This document shows, piece by piece, positions 41,298 through 49,103 of a DNA stretch of 49,103 bases. The notes beneath the pieces are model-generated. The model had not been told where the DNA came from, ran no database searches, and was given only the letters and a program-made list of their open reading frames with translations. Numbering within the stretch: the first letter of the stretch is position 1; each line of letters starts with the position of its first letter. Location: positions 1-49,103 of IMG/VR virus record IMGVR_UViG_3300012971_000025. One strand, written 5' to 3'. Both the position numbers and the translations under genes were made by a program. The DNA is from a virus (Duplodnaviria > Caudoviricetes).

Positions 41298-42733
41298 GCT
41301 GTGCACAACCTGTGGACGACGGCGCTGCCGAGGCTGATCGCGGCGTCGTACTGGATCGGCCTGGTGATGGCGCTGATCATCCGGGCGGCGTTCCGGCCGG
41401 GCCAGTCCCACCTGTCGTGGAGAAGGCCCGCAGCTCGGGCCCGCCAGCGCCTGAAGTAAGGTACCGGCCGCGCCGCTGGCTGGTCGTGGTGCCGCTGGGC
41501 CTGCTGGCGGCGGGGAGCTGGTGGCTGCATCAGCGGGTCCTGGGCTACGGCCACATCCCGCCCACGGCCGTGGCGGTGTGGCTGGGCTCGGCCGCGATCG
41601 TGGTGGCGCAGCTCCTGCTGTCGTGGTTTTCCCGGCCGTACAGGTGCCCGCCGCCTGCTCTCCGGGCGACGGTCATCGTGCCCTGCTACAACGAGGACCC
41701 GGCGTACCTGGCGCGGGTGCTGGAGTCGCTGCGCTGGCAGACCCGCCAGGCGGACAAGGTGGTCGTGGTCGATGACGGCTCCCGCGTCAGCTACGCCGGC
41801 TTCCCCGGGGCCTATCCCGAGGTGGAGTGGATCAGGCAGGACAACCAGGGCAAGAAACACGCCCAGGTGGCCGGCTTCGCCGCCGACCCGGACGCGGATG
41901 TGTACGTGACGATCGACTCGGACTCGGCGCTCGCGCCGGACGCGCTGGAGGAGATCCTGCGCCCGTTCGCTGATGACCGGGTCGCGGGCGTGGCCGGGCT
42001 GGAGTGGGCAGGCAACATCGACGTGAACCTGCTGACCCGGGCGATCGGGGCCCGGTCGGTCGCGTTCCAGTTGTTCGCGATGGCGAGCCAGAGCGCGGCG
42101 CGGGGGAACGTGCTGATCGCGCCGGGCGCGTTCTCCGCGTTCCGGGGTGAGGTGATGCGCGAAGGCGCGGACGCCTACACCGGGGAGACGTTCTGCGGGA
42201 TGCCGGTGCGGCTCGGCGACGACACGCTGCTGACCCTCCAGGCGCTGATGCGCGGGTGGGTGGTGCAGCAGGTGACGGCGGTCGCGTTCCCCGCCTACCC
42301 GGAGAAGGTGTCGCATCACCTGCGGCAGTGGACGCGGTGGATGCGGGCCTCCACGATCCGGCAGATCTGGCGGCTGCGGTACCTGCCGATCTCCAGCTAC
42401 GGCTGGTGGTTCAGCGTGTGGCAGCTCGGCGCGTTCACCGCCGGGATCGCCGCGACGGCGCTGCTGATCGCGGGCTGGCCGGCGACGGTGCCGCTGCTGT
42501 ACGGCGCGGCGGTCGGGGTGGTCGCGTGGCCGCTTATCCTGGCGTGCCGGCTGCCGTGCGTGTCCCGGTCGGATCAGGGGTTCTGGTCGCGGCTGTACGG
42601 GGTGGCGCTGATGCCAGCGGCGGGGGTGTGGTACCTGGCGGTGCTGCGGTGGATCAGGTTCTGGGGGATCGGCACGCTCGCCCGGCAGGGCTGGGTGACG
42701 CGGGAGAAGAAGGTGGAGGTGACGCTGCGGTGA
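41294..42733 (+). CDS. processive GT2 polysaccharide synthase (hyaluronan synthase/NodC-like); true start probably downstream (~41417)
   Basis: IVPCYNED, VDDGS, GKKHAQ, TIDSDS, GDDTLLT, QWTRW (QxxRW), N- and C-terminal TM helices. Confidence 0.9.
   Translation: MSCAQPVDDGAAEADRGVVLDRPGDGADHPGGVPAGPVPPVVEKARSSGPPAPEVRYRPRRWLVVVPLGLLAAGSWWLHQRVLGYGHIPPTAVAVWLGSAAIVVAQLLLSWFSRPYRCPPPALRATVIVPCYNEDPAYLARVLESLRWQTRQADKVVVVDDGSRVSYAGFPGAYPEVEWIRQDNQGKKHAQVAGFAADPDADVYVTIDSDSALAPDALEEILRPFADDRVAGVAGLEWAGNIDVNLLTRAIGARSVAFQLFAMASQSAARGNVLIAPGAFSAFRGEVMREGADAYTGETFCGMPVRLGDDTLLTLQALMRGWVVQQVTAVAFPAYPEKVSHHLRQWTRWMRASTIRQIWRLRYLPISSYGWWFSVWQLGAFTAGIAATALLIAGWPATVPLLYGAAVGVVAWPLILACRLPCVSRSDQGFWSRLYGVALMPAAGVWYLAVLRWIRFWGIGTLARQGWVTREKKVEVTLR
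41301..41459 (+). CDS. 52-aa single-TM peptide (not in ORF track), overlapping the GT2 5' end
   Basis: GGTGAG + GTG; MHNLWTTALPRLIAASYWIGLVMALIIRAAF...; good GC3. Confidence 0.45.
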   Translation: MHNLWTTALPRLIAASYWIGLVMALIIRAAFRPGQSHLSWRRPAARARQRLK

Positions 42734-43971
42734 CGGCCGCGCTGAGGGCGAAGCGGAAGGCGTCGGGTGCGGCGACCGGCCTGGCTGTCGCGGCGGTCCT
42801 GATGGTGCTGGTCGGGCTCGGCGCGGCGTTCGTCCCCGCCGGCGGTGGGCTGCACCACATCCCGCCCGTGACCCGGGCGGACCCGCCGGCCAGCAGCTCG
42901 CCGTCGGCGAGCCCAGCGGCTAAGACGTCCCCGGTGGTGGCGGTCAAGCCGTCCCCGGTGTCTCCGCGTGGGGTGTCCTACGCGGCCCCGCGTGTGTACC
43001 CGGCTCCCGCGCCGCGCACGTACCCGGCCCCGGCCCGGAGGACCTACCCCGCCCCGTCGCCGCGCACCTACCCGCCGCCGTCGCCGAGCCCTCCGCCGCC
43101 GCCGGGGTGGGACCTGCCGCCGCCGGCGCAGCTCGTGGCCCCGCTGGAGGGTGTGGTCTCCGGGGACCCGGCGGGGTTCGACGCGGCGACCGGCACCCGC
43201 GCCCAGCTCGTGGCGTCGTATGTGTCGATGGCGTCGCCGCTCGCGCCGTCGTTCCTGCATTCGGTGATGCGGGTGGACGGTTCCGCCACCCCGGTGATCG
43301 AGATCGAGCCGCCGGGGGGCCTGGCCGGGTTCCCGTCGGCCGCTGACACCACCTGGCTGAAGGCGCTCGCCGGCCAGATCGCGGCGCTGGCCCGGCCGGT
43401 GTGGATCAGCTTCGCGCCCGAGGCGGACGGGTCCTGGTACCCGTGGGGGCAGAACCCGCGCGGGTTCATCGTGGCGTGGAAGCAGGTGCGGCAGGCGATC
43501 AGCTCGCCGTACGTGACCTGGCTGTGGCAGATGTCGGCGCTCGGCTCCAGCTCGCCGACCAACATCATGACGTCGTACTGGCCGGGCAGCTCCGAGGTGG
43601 ACATCGTCGGCCTGGACGGCTACCTGTACGCGCCGGGTGACACGTTCGCCCGCCGGTTCGGCTCGGTCCCGACGGCCACGGCCGCTGGCACCGGCACCCT
43701 CGGCCAGGTCCGCGCCGTGTGGGGCGGCCCGGTGATCATCGCGGAGACGGCGGTGTCGCCGCTGCTGAACACGGCGGCCAAGCCGGCGGGGCAGGCCGCC
43801 GGGGTGACGGACCTGGTGCAGGGCGTCGGGATCAACGGGCTCCTCGGGCTGGTCTACTTCGACCTGGACGCGTGCACGCAGGGCTGCGGCCCGTACAAGC
43901 AGGACTTCCGGCTGGAGTCCAACGCGGCGGCCCTGGCCGCGTTCACGGCGGCGGTGAGCGGCGCATGGTGA
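42730..43971 (+). CDS. membrane-anchored GH26-like glycoside hydrolase with Pro-rich linker
   Basis: N-terminal TM, TYPAP repeats, FAPEADGSWYPWG (acid/base), YWPG..VDIVGLDGY, IIAETAV (nucleophile). Confidence 0.82.
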   Translation: MTAALRAKRKASGAATGLAVAAVLMVLVGLGAAFVPAGGGLHHIPPVTRADPPASSSPSASPAAKTSPVVAVKPSPVSPRGVSYAAPRVYPAPAPRTYPAPARRTYPAPSPRTYPPPSPSPPPPPGWDLPPPAQLVAPLEGVVSGDPAGFDAATGTRAQLVASYVSMASPLAPSFLHSVMRVDGSATPVIEIEPPGGLAGFPSAADTTWLKALAGQIAALARPVWISFAPEADGSWYPWGQNPRGFIVAWKQVRQAISSPYVTWLWQMSALGSSSPTNIMTSYWPGSSEVDIVGLDGYLYAPGDTFARRFGSVPTATAAGTGTLGQVRAVWGGPVIIAETAVSPLLNTAAKPAGQAAGVTDLVQGVGINGLLGLVYFDLDACTQGCGPYKQDFRLESNAAALAAFTAAVSGAW

Positions 43972-44144
43972 GGCAGACGTGGGTGCGGGCCGTGCCACGC
44001 CGCAGGACCGCCGATGAGCTGAAGCTGGAGCGGGTGATCCGGGTGCTGGCCGAGGCCGGCGAGGACGCCGAGACCAAGCGGTGGGTGCAGGGGATCTACG
44101 ACCAGGCGATGGCGCTGCGGCGCATAGCGAAGGGGTCGGCATGA
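43965..44144 (+). CDS. small hypothetical protein
   Basis: Overlaps both neighbours; MVRQTWVRAVPRRR... Confidence 0.5.
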   Translation: MVRQTWVRAVPRRRTADELKLERVIRVLAEAGEDAETKRWVQGIYDQAMALRRIAKGSA

Positions 44145-44830
44145 CGACGACGATCAGTTGGATCGAGCCGTGGGGCCAGCTCGCCTGGCTGCGGCAGTGT
44201 GACGACGCGATAGCGCGGGTGTGTTTCGACACGCCGTCCAGCCACGTTGTGGGCGGCCCGGTGCCGGGCTACCAGGTGACGGCGACCAGGCTGTTCACCG
44301 CGTTCGACACCTACGCCCAGACGAACCCCGCCTACGGCGGGTGGGTGATCTACGACCTGGAGAACTGGGCGCAGTCCCCGGCGGTGGACAAGAACGACCC
44401 GGCGGCGGCGTACTCGCATTTCCTGTCGCTGGCCAAGGCGCGGGGGCATGGGCTGATCGCCACACCCGGGCGGGACCTGGTGTACGCCCAGGGCGGCCCG
44501 CAGGGCGGGGAGTCGCTGAACGACGCGTACCTGCGGCTGGGCATCCCAGCGGCATGTGCGGGCGCTCCGATCATGCTGGTGCAGTCGCAGGGCTCGCAGA
44601 AGGACCTGGCCGCGTTCACGTCGCTGATCTCCGGGGCGATGGCGCAGCGGGTGGACCCGAACCAGGCGGTGTGGTTCGGGCTGACGACGGCGGCGGGGAC
44701 GACGGTGAAGCAGCTCTCCGACGCGTACAGCGCGGCGCTGGCGCTGGGGGTGTCGGGGTGCTGGCTGACGATCGGGGCGCAGGGCCAGGCGCAGACCGCC
44801 GCCGACTTCCTGCACTGGACGACGACGTGA
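44141..44830 (+). CDS. putative glycoside hydrolase-like TIM-barrel protein
   Basis: WVIYDLENW DxE motif, LIATPGRDL, VQSQ, VWFGL; next to GT2/GH26. Confidence 0.5.
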   Translation: MTTTISWIEPWGQLAWLRQCDDAIARVCFDTPSSHVVGGPVPGYQVTATRLFTAFDTYAQTNPAYGGWVIYDLENWAQSPAVDKNDPAAAYSHFLSLAKARGHGLIATPGRDLVYAQGGPQGGESLNDAYLRLGIPAACAGAPIMLVQSQGSQKDLAAFTSLISGAMAQRVDPNQAVWFGLTTAAGTTVKQLSDAYSAALALGVSGCWLTIGAQGQAQTAADFLHWTTT

Positions 44831-44858
44831 GGGACACTGGGCCCCAGGAGGTGCTGTG

Positions 44859-45089
44859 ATGAGCGACCTGAGAGAGATGCGCGTGCCGTTCACCGTGACC
44901 GTGCCGCGTGACATCAAGATCGGCCGCAAGGTGGGCCGGGCGGGCAGCTACCCGGCGGCCGGCTATGTGGAGCTGTCGCCGGCTGATGCGCTGCTGATCG
45001 ACAAGGGCCTGGTGACTGAGGAGGAGCTGGTGGGGGCCTACCGGTCGGCGATCGAGGCAGGCAGCGAGCAGGTGTACTTCCACTACTGA
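44859..45089 (+). CDS. small hypothetical protein (last + strand gene)
   Basis: AGGAGG RBS. Confidence 0.6.
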   Translation: MSDLREMRVPFTVTVPRDIKIGRKVGRAGSYPAAGYVELSPADALLIDKGLVTEEELVGAYRSAIEAGSEQVYFHY

Positions 45090-45323
45090 CGTAACCGCAG
45101 GTCAGAGCGTTTAGGCCCTGGGCGGCCCCAGGAGCCACGCAGACGGCCTGTACCCCCAGATGTATGCCCCTGCATTCAGGGGCCCGTGATCTTGGCACAG
45201 GAGCAGCCGTGGCCGCGCACGCGGCCATCACAGTCCCTGTGCCCCCCTACCCCGAGCTGTACAGCAAGCGGCCCCGCCGCCCGGTCCACGGGCGAGCGGG
45301 GCCGCTTGCGCTGTCTGCCGGGC

Positions 45324-45659
45324 CTAGTTGCAGACGCCCCACAGCCGGTGCAGGACGCCGTTGCCGCCCTGCCAGCCACCGCAGTGCGCGACCCGCAGCG
45401 TGTGGACGTGCGAGGTTGCGCCGCTGGCGGTGACCCACGGGCCGAACCGGTACCCGAACACGCTGCTGGCGTTGTACGCCCGCACCTGCCCGCAGCCGTT
45501 GGTGTGCCGGATCGTGGTGTCGTGGCTGGTCTGGGACACCAGCCGGGCGGTGGCCAGGCACCGCTGCGCTGCGGCCTGCGCCGGGACGGCGGTGACCGCC
45601 GGCATCAGCCCGGCGAGGACAACAAGAGCGGCCACGGCCGCTCCCCTGAGCCGGCCCAT
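45324..45659 (-). CDS. small secreted protein with Sec signal peptide and 4 Cys
   Basis: MGRLRGAAVAALVVLAGLMPAVTAVPAQA signal with AQA cleavage site. Confidence 0.65.
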   Translation of the reverse strand: MGRLRGAAVAALVVLAGLMPAVTAVPAQAAAQRCLATARLVSQTSHDTTIRHTNGCGQVRAYNASSVFGYRFGPWVTASGATSHVHTLRVAHCGGWQGGNGVLHRLWGVCN

Positions 45660-45784
45660 CAGAAGCCGTTCTGGCGCGGCATCCGCGCCGGGGTCTGCGC
45701 CGCGAGGACCGTGCTGCCCGGCTGGCGGATCTGAACCGGCGCGGGTGCGCCCATCACGGCCTGGCTGTTGCTGGCTCCGTACAT
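45659..45784 (-). CDS. 41-aa peptide (not in ORF track)
   Basis: GGGAGG RBS; TGATG coupling to the secreted protein gene. Confidence 0.5.
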   Translation of the reverse strand: MYGASNSQAVMGAPAPVQIRQPGSTVLAAQTPARMPRQNGF

Positions 45785-45828
45785 GCCTGCCTCCCTAGTT
45801 GGTGACTCCCTGTCAGTGGCCGCCCACC

Positions 45829-46074
45829 CTAGTCGTCTGGGCCCACAGCCGGGCCGTGCTGGCCCGTGTCGTCCAGCTCCACGGTGAGCGTCACGCCCCG
45901 GCCGTCCTCATCGACCGTGGCCGCGACCAGCGTGGCCCGGCCGAGGTACCGCAGCACCGGCCCGTCCTCGGTGGCGCGGAACACCCACGGCACCTGGCGG
46001 TTGATCATGCGGTCGAACGCCCCGGCCGCGAACCGCTCATTCTCAGCGGCGGGCTGGTAGATCTCCACCCTCAT
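45829..46074 (-). CDS. truncated, catalytically dead prohead-protease-like mini-protein
   Basis: ERFAAGAFDRMI..QVPWVF...LGR...DEDGRGVTLTVEL resembles the N-terminal half of HK97 proteases; GGAGG RBS. Confidence 0.55.
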   Translation of the reverse strand: MRVEIYQPAAENERFAAGAFDRMINRQVPWVFRATEDGPVLRYLGRATLVAATVDEDGRGVTLTVELDDTGQHGPAVGPDD

Positions 46075-46169
46075 GCCCACCTCCGCAGCCACCAGCGGCC
46101 GGCGGCGTCCACGAGCCCGGCCCACAGCGCCCACGACGCGGAGAACACCAGCCCCCACCAGCCGGTCAC
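46071..46169 (-). CDS. 32-aa Trp-rich membrane peptide
   Basis: GGAGG RBS; MTGWWGLVFSASWALWAGLVDAAGRWWLRRWA; ATGA overlap. Confidence 0.45.
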   Translation of the reverse strand: MTGWWGLVFSASWALWAGLVDAAGRWWLRRWA

Positions 46170-46287
46170 GTCGCCTCCCCCGCGACGCCACGCCGCCCGC
46201 TGCGGCCCGCGAGCTGTCCCCCCACCCTCGGGCCAGCGGGGCCCTGCGGGCGGCTCAGCGGCCGTCTGGGGCCGCCGGGGAGCCTGG

Positions 46288-46479
46288 TCATGTCAGCGCC
46301 CCGATCACGACAGCCGCTGCGGCGAGGATCGCCGCGAAGAACAGCGCCGTCATCCTGATCGCCCACCGCTCGGCCTTGTCATCGGGGGCGGCCTTGCGCC
46401 AGTCGGCCCACGCGCGGTACGCGATGGCGCTGGCGACCGCCCCCCACACCGACCACCACAGTCCTGCGTGCACGCTCAT
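46288..46479 (-). CDS. small two-TM membrane protein
   Basis: Two hydrophobic segments; GAGAGGTG upstream. Confidence 0.55.
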   Translation of the reverse strand: MSVHAGLWWSVWGAVASAIAYRAWADWRKAAPDDKAERWAIRMTALFFAAILAAAAVVIGALT

Positions 46480-46480
46480 C

Positions 46481-46774
46481 TCAGCGCCACCTCTCCCGCC
46501 GGCGTTCCTCAGCGGCGCGGAGCTGCCGGGCCCACGCGGTCATCAGGTCCCGGTCGGCGGCCACGGCCGCGTTCCCGCCCTTGCACCAGTCGCGGTGGCG
46601 GCGGTGCGGGTTGAACTCACCTGTCAGCGGGTCGGTCGGGCACTTGTGCGGGCGGAGCCGGATCTCCTCCCCCGGCGGCCGGGACATGTTCCCGCCCGCG
46701 ACGCCCGCGCCGCACACCGGGCAGGAGCCGCGCCACAGCACCGTGCCCCGCACGCCGCCGACATGCCGCTGCAT
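46481..46774 (-). CDS. small Zn-binding protein
   Basis: CPVC...HKC...WCKG; AAGGAG RBS. Confidence 0.55.
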   Translation of the reverse strand: MQRHVGGVRGTVLWRGSCPVCGAGVAGGNMSRPPGEEIRLRPHKCPTDPLTGEFNPHRRHRDWCKGGNAAVAADRDLMTAWARQLRAAEERRRERWR

Positions 46775-46977
46775 CACGTCTCCTTCGGGGCCAGGGCCGC
46801 TTCCACGGCCACCCGGTTCGCGGGCGACGGCTCGGCCTCGTACAGGCACAGCAGGCACCCGGCCCGGGGGCCCGGGATGACGCCGCACACCAGCGCGGCC
46901 TTGTCGTGGCCGAGGGCCTGGTGGCTGGCCGCGATGAACCAGCCGACCGGGTCCAGGCCGCGCTGCTCAGTGGCCAC
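46774..46977 (-). CDS. small hypothetical protein
   Basis: H...C...CLLC; coupled to neighbours. Confidence 0.5.
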   Translation of the reverse strand: MATEQRGLDPVGWFIAASHQALGHDKAALVCGVIPGPRAGCLLCLYEAEPSPANRVAVEAALAPKET

Positions 46978-47344
46978 CGGTCTCCCCCTGCCAGCGGTGC
47001 ACCGTCGCGGCGGCGGCCAGCGCCTCCACGTCCTCGCGGCTCACCTTCATGCCGAGGGTGGACGCCACCCGCCACGCGGCCAGCCCCGGGCCGCTCATCG
47101 CCTCGTCGCCGGCCAGGCCCGGCCGGACGTCAGCCGGGTACGGGCAGCCTGGCTCCAGCACCGCGTGGACCTTCGCCAGGTACGGGGCGACGGTCTCCTC
47201 ATCCAGGTCGCCGGGGTGCAGCTCCATGAACCGGGCGTACCGCTGGAGCGCCACCGGGTCGGAGCACAGGAAGTGCAGCAGCGTGCCGGCTGTGGCCAGC
47301 GCGGCGTTCAGGTCCGGGTCAGGCAACCCGCTGCCGGCGCTCAT
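46967..47344 (-). CDS. hypothetical protein
   Basis: TGATG coupling; codon bias. Confidence 0.55.
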   Translation of the reverse strand: MSAGSGLPDPDLNAALATAGTLLHFLCSDPVALQRYARFMELHPGDLDEETVAPYLAKVHAVLEPGCPYPADVRPGLAGDEAMSGPGLAAWRVASTLGMKVSREDVEALAAAATVHRWQGETGGH

Positions 47345-48009
47345 CAGAACGGGCACCCCCACGGCGCGTCGGTCACCTGCGGCCAGCCGGTCACCACCGA
47401 GCACGCGGTGTCCAGGATCACCCGCAGCGCCGCGAGCTGCCCGACGTCGATCATCGTGCCCTCGGCGATGCCGCCGCGCCGCTGCGGGTCCAGCAGTTTC
47501 GCCGCGTTCTCGATCTGCGCCGCGTCGTACCGGAACCGGGTGTGCGAGCCGGCCAGGCCGGTGTGGTACTCGCCGTCCACGCTGGGCAGCGGCTCGGGGG
47601 AGACCCCAGCCGGCAGCTTCACGCCGAACACGGCCCTGGGGTCGTCGTCACCGGTAATCTCCGCGTCCGGCACCTCGGCCGCCCGCAGCCGGGCGGTGGA
47701 CTCCAGCGCCGGCTTGTCCGGGCCGGTGATGTCGTCCAGGTCGAACCGGCCAGGGCCGGCGGTGAAGTGGTACTGGTCCGGGCCGTCGCACCACGGGCAC
47801 GTCAGCACGACCACCGTGGTGGAAAGCTGCGGGCCCCCGCCCATCATGGCGGCGAGGCCGCCACCCGCGTGGTAGGTCGCGATCGGCTGGTACCGGTGCC
47901 GGTGGCGGCGCATCCAGCGGGTCCCGTCGGACAGCCACTCGGTGAACGTGCGGCGCGGCAGCGGCTTATGCACGCGCGGCTCCAGCTCGATGATCTCGGT
48001 GCCGGTCAT
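47344..48009 (-). CDS. hypothetical protein with CxxC
   Basis: GAGGAGGAG RBS; CPWC. Confidence 0.6.
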   Translation of the reverse strand: MTGTEIIELEPRVHKPLPRRTFTEWLSDGTRWMRRHRHRYQPIATYHAGGGLAAMMGGGPQLSTTVVVLTCPWCDGPDQYHFTAGPGRFDLDDITGPDKPALESTARLRAAEVPDAEITGDDDPRAVFGVKLPAGVSPEPLPSVDGEYHTGLAGSHTRFRYDAAQIENAAKLLDPQRRGGIAEGTMIDVGQLAALRVILDTACSVVTGWPQVTDAPWGCPF

Positions 48010-48019
48010 CTTCTCCTCC

Positions 48020-48277
48020 TCAGACGCGGGCCTGGCGGGCCAGGACCTGCGGTGTGATCAGCCCGGCGTCCTCCAGCCGGGCGCGTGCGTTCTGGGTACC
48101 GGAGCCCCCGCAGGGCGTGCTGTGCGTGACGATCATCTTGCTGCTGTCCGGCGGGAACCAGTGCCAGTGGTTGCGGCGGCGGGCCCGGCGGACCCGCCAG
48201 CCCTGTTGGAGGGCCAGCCGGTACAACGATCTCAGCTCGCCTGGTGGGTACTTCCCGGGCCTGGTGTTGCTGCTCAT
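48020..48277 (-). CDS. HicA-like (mRNA interferase fold) protein
   Basis: ELRSLYRLALQQGWRV...NHWHWFPPD...IVTHSTP...ARLEDAGL pattern; AAGGAG RBS. Confidence 0.55.
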   Translation of the reverse strand: MSSNTRPGKYPPGELRSLYRLALQQGWRVRRARRRNHWHWFPPDSSKMIVTHSTPCGGSGTQNARARLEDAGLITPQVLARQARV

Positions 48278-48297
48278 CTTCTTCTCCTTGGGGGTGA

Positions 48298-48513
48298 TCA
48301 CGACGCCCGCCGCCGCGCGGCGGTGCCGACAGCGACGCGGGCGGCGCGGCGCAGCGCGACCACGGCCGCCACGTACTGCTCCGCGACTTCGGGGGGGACC
48401 AGCCGCCAGCACGCCGGGCACAGCAGCGCACCGGCCTTGGCCAGCGGCTGCCCGCACCGCCGGCACAGCCACGTCAGGCTGGCGTACCGGGGGGTGAGCT
48501 GGTAGGGCCTCAT
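48298..48513 (-). CDS. small Zn-finger protein
   Basis: CRRC...LCPACWRLVP. Confidence 0.55.
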   Translation of the reverse strand: MRPYQLTPRYASLTWLCRRCGQPLAKAGALLCPACWRLVPPEVAEQYVAAVVALRRAARVAVGTAARRRAS

Positions 48514-48535
48514 CTTCTTCTCCGTCTCCTTCTCC

Positions 48536-49081
48536 TCAGCCATTGTCCCCGGCTGGGGTGACAATCTTCGGCAGGCTCGCCAGCGTGTGGGCGACCTGCT
48601 GGAACATCGAGCAGAACGGGCACAGCCCGCCCTGGATGACGATCGGCCCGTGCGACCCGATCGCGCCGTACGACCGGCCGGGGATCGTCCCGGCGGTGAT
48701 GTGGAGCCGGTCGGGGAACACCTCGCCGCAGCCGTCGCACCGGTAGTCCTCGTCGGTGCCGGTGATCGACTTGGCCGCGTTGGTGGCGCACCGGCCGCAG
48801 CGCAGCAGCTCGGGCATGTACACCAGCCAGATCATGACCTCGGGGTGCTGCGGGTCCAGGTGCGGGTCCGGCGTGGTGCGGCCGTCACGGACGCGGTCCA
48901 GGAGCTGGTCCTGCCAGTAGGCGAGCCAGCCGGGCAGCGGGCCCTCGCCGACGTCACCGCCGACGCCGTCGGTTCGCCGGCGGATCGCCTCGATCACCTC
49001 GCGTCCCTCCTGCGCGGCGACGACCTGGGCGAGGTCGGGTGGCAGCTCCTCGCGGCTCATCCGCACCCAGTGGTCAGGCAT
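48536..49081 (-). CDS. Cys-rich (3 x CxxC) hypothetical protein
   Basis: CGRC, CDGC, CPFC; GAGGAGG RBS. Confidence 0.6.
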   Translation of the reverse strand: MPDHWVRMSREELPPDLAQVVAAQEGREVIEAIRRRTDGVGGDVGEGPLPGWLAYWQDQLLDRVRDGRTTPDPHLDPQHPEVMIWLVYMPELLRCGRCATNAAKSITGTDEDYRCDGCGEVFPDRLHITAGTIPGRSYGAIGSHGPIVIQGGLCPFCSMFQQVAHTLASLPKIVTPAGDNG

Positions 49082-49103
49082 GGCCGTCCTCCTCGATCCC
49101 GTA

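Noticed and set aside
46073-47875. 600-aa + strand ORF in the right arm
   Set aside because: It overlaps a chain of coupled - strand genes with good RBSs, and its composition is shadow-like.
1-49103. tRNA, integrase/att site, intein, IS element
   Set aside because: No convincing cloverleaf, recombinase or transposase motif, or intein splice motif was seen by eye.

Overview
This window looks like the packaging, structural and lysis arm of a very GC-rich actinobacterial siphophage or prophage. I see no integrase, tRNA or CRISPR. The + strand order is: permuted NlpC/P60 enzyme, small and large terminase, HNH, portal, an ~11 kb block of modular 'cargo' polyproteins, HK97 prohead protease (itself fused to cargo modules), major capsid protein, a GT4-FkbM/methyltransferase pair, neck/fibre genes, head-tail connectors, tail tube, a frameshifted tail chaperone, tape measure (NlpC/P60 + lytic transglycosylase), tail tip, GH25 lysis cassette, and a GT2 synthase + GH26 + GH-like cassette. 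From ~45.3 kb small genes run on the - strand. The strongest candidate for a new system is a short peptide tag, usually preceded by Arg(-Ala), of form [FWY]-[DNV]-[PE]-x-x-H/A-P/R-R...G-[GRK]-x-[FW]. It occurs 12 times in 6 ORFs and heads separate effector domains (GNAT, glycosylase-like, ADP-ribosyltransferase-like, metallopeptidase and others). I infer these are capsid-packaged polyproteins processed by the prohead protease, with exchangeable cassettes. Also notable: miniature, apparently inactive paralogues of the capsid A-domain, the prohead protease and the tape-measure transglycosylase; four related inverted-repeat intergenic elements spaced about 15 kb apart; and a probable ATC start codon. 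All family calls come from reading motifs by eye, not from database searches.
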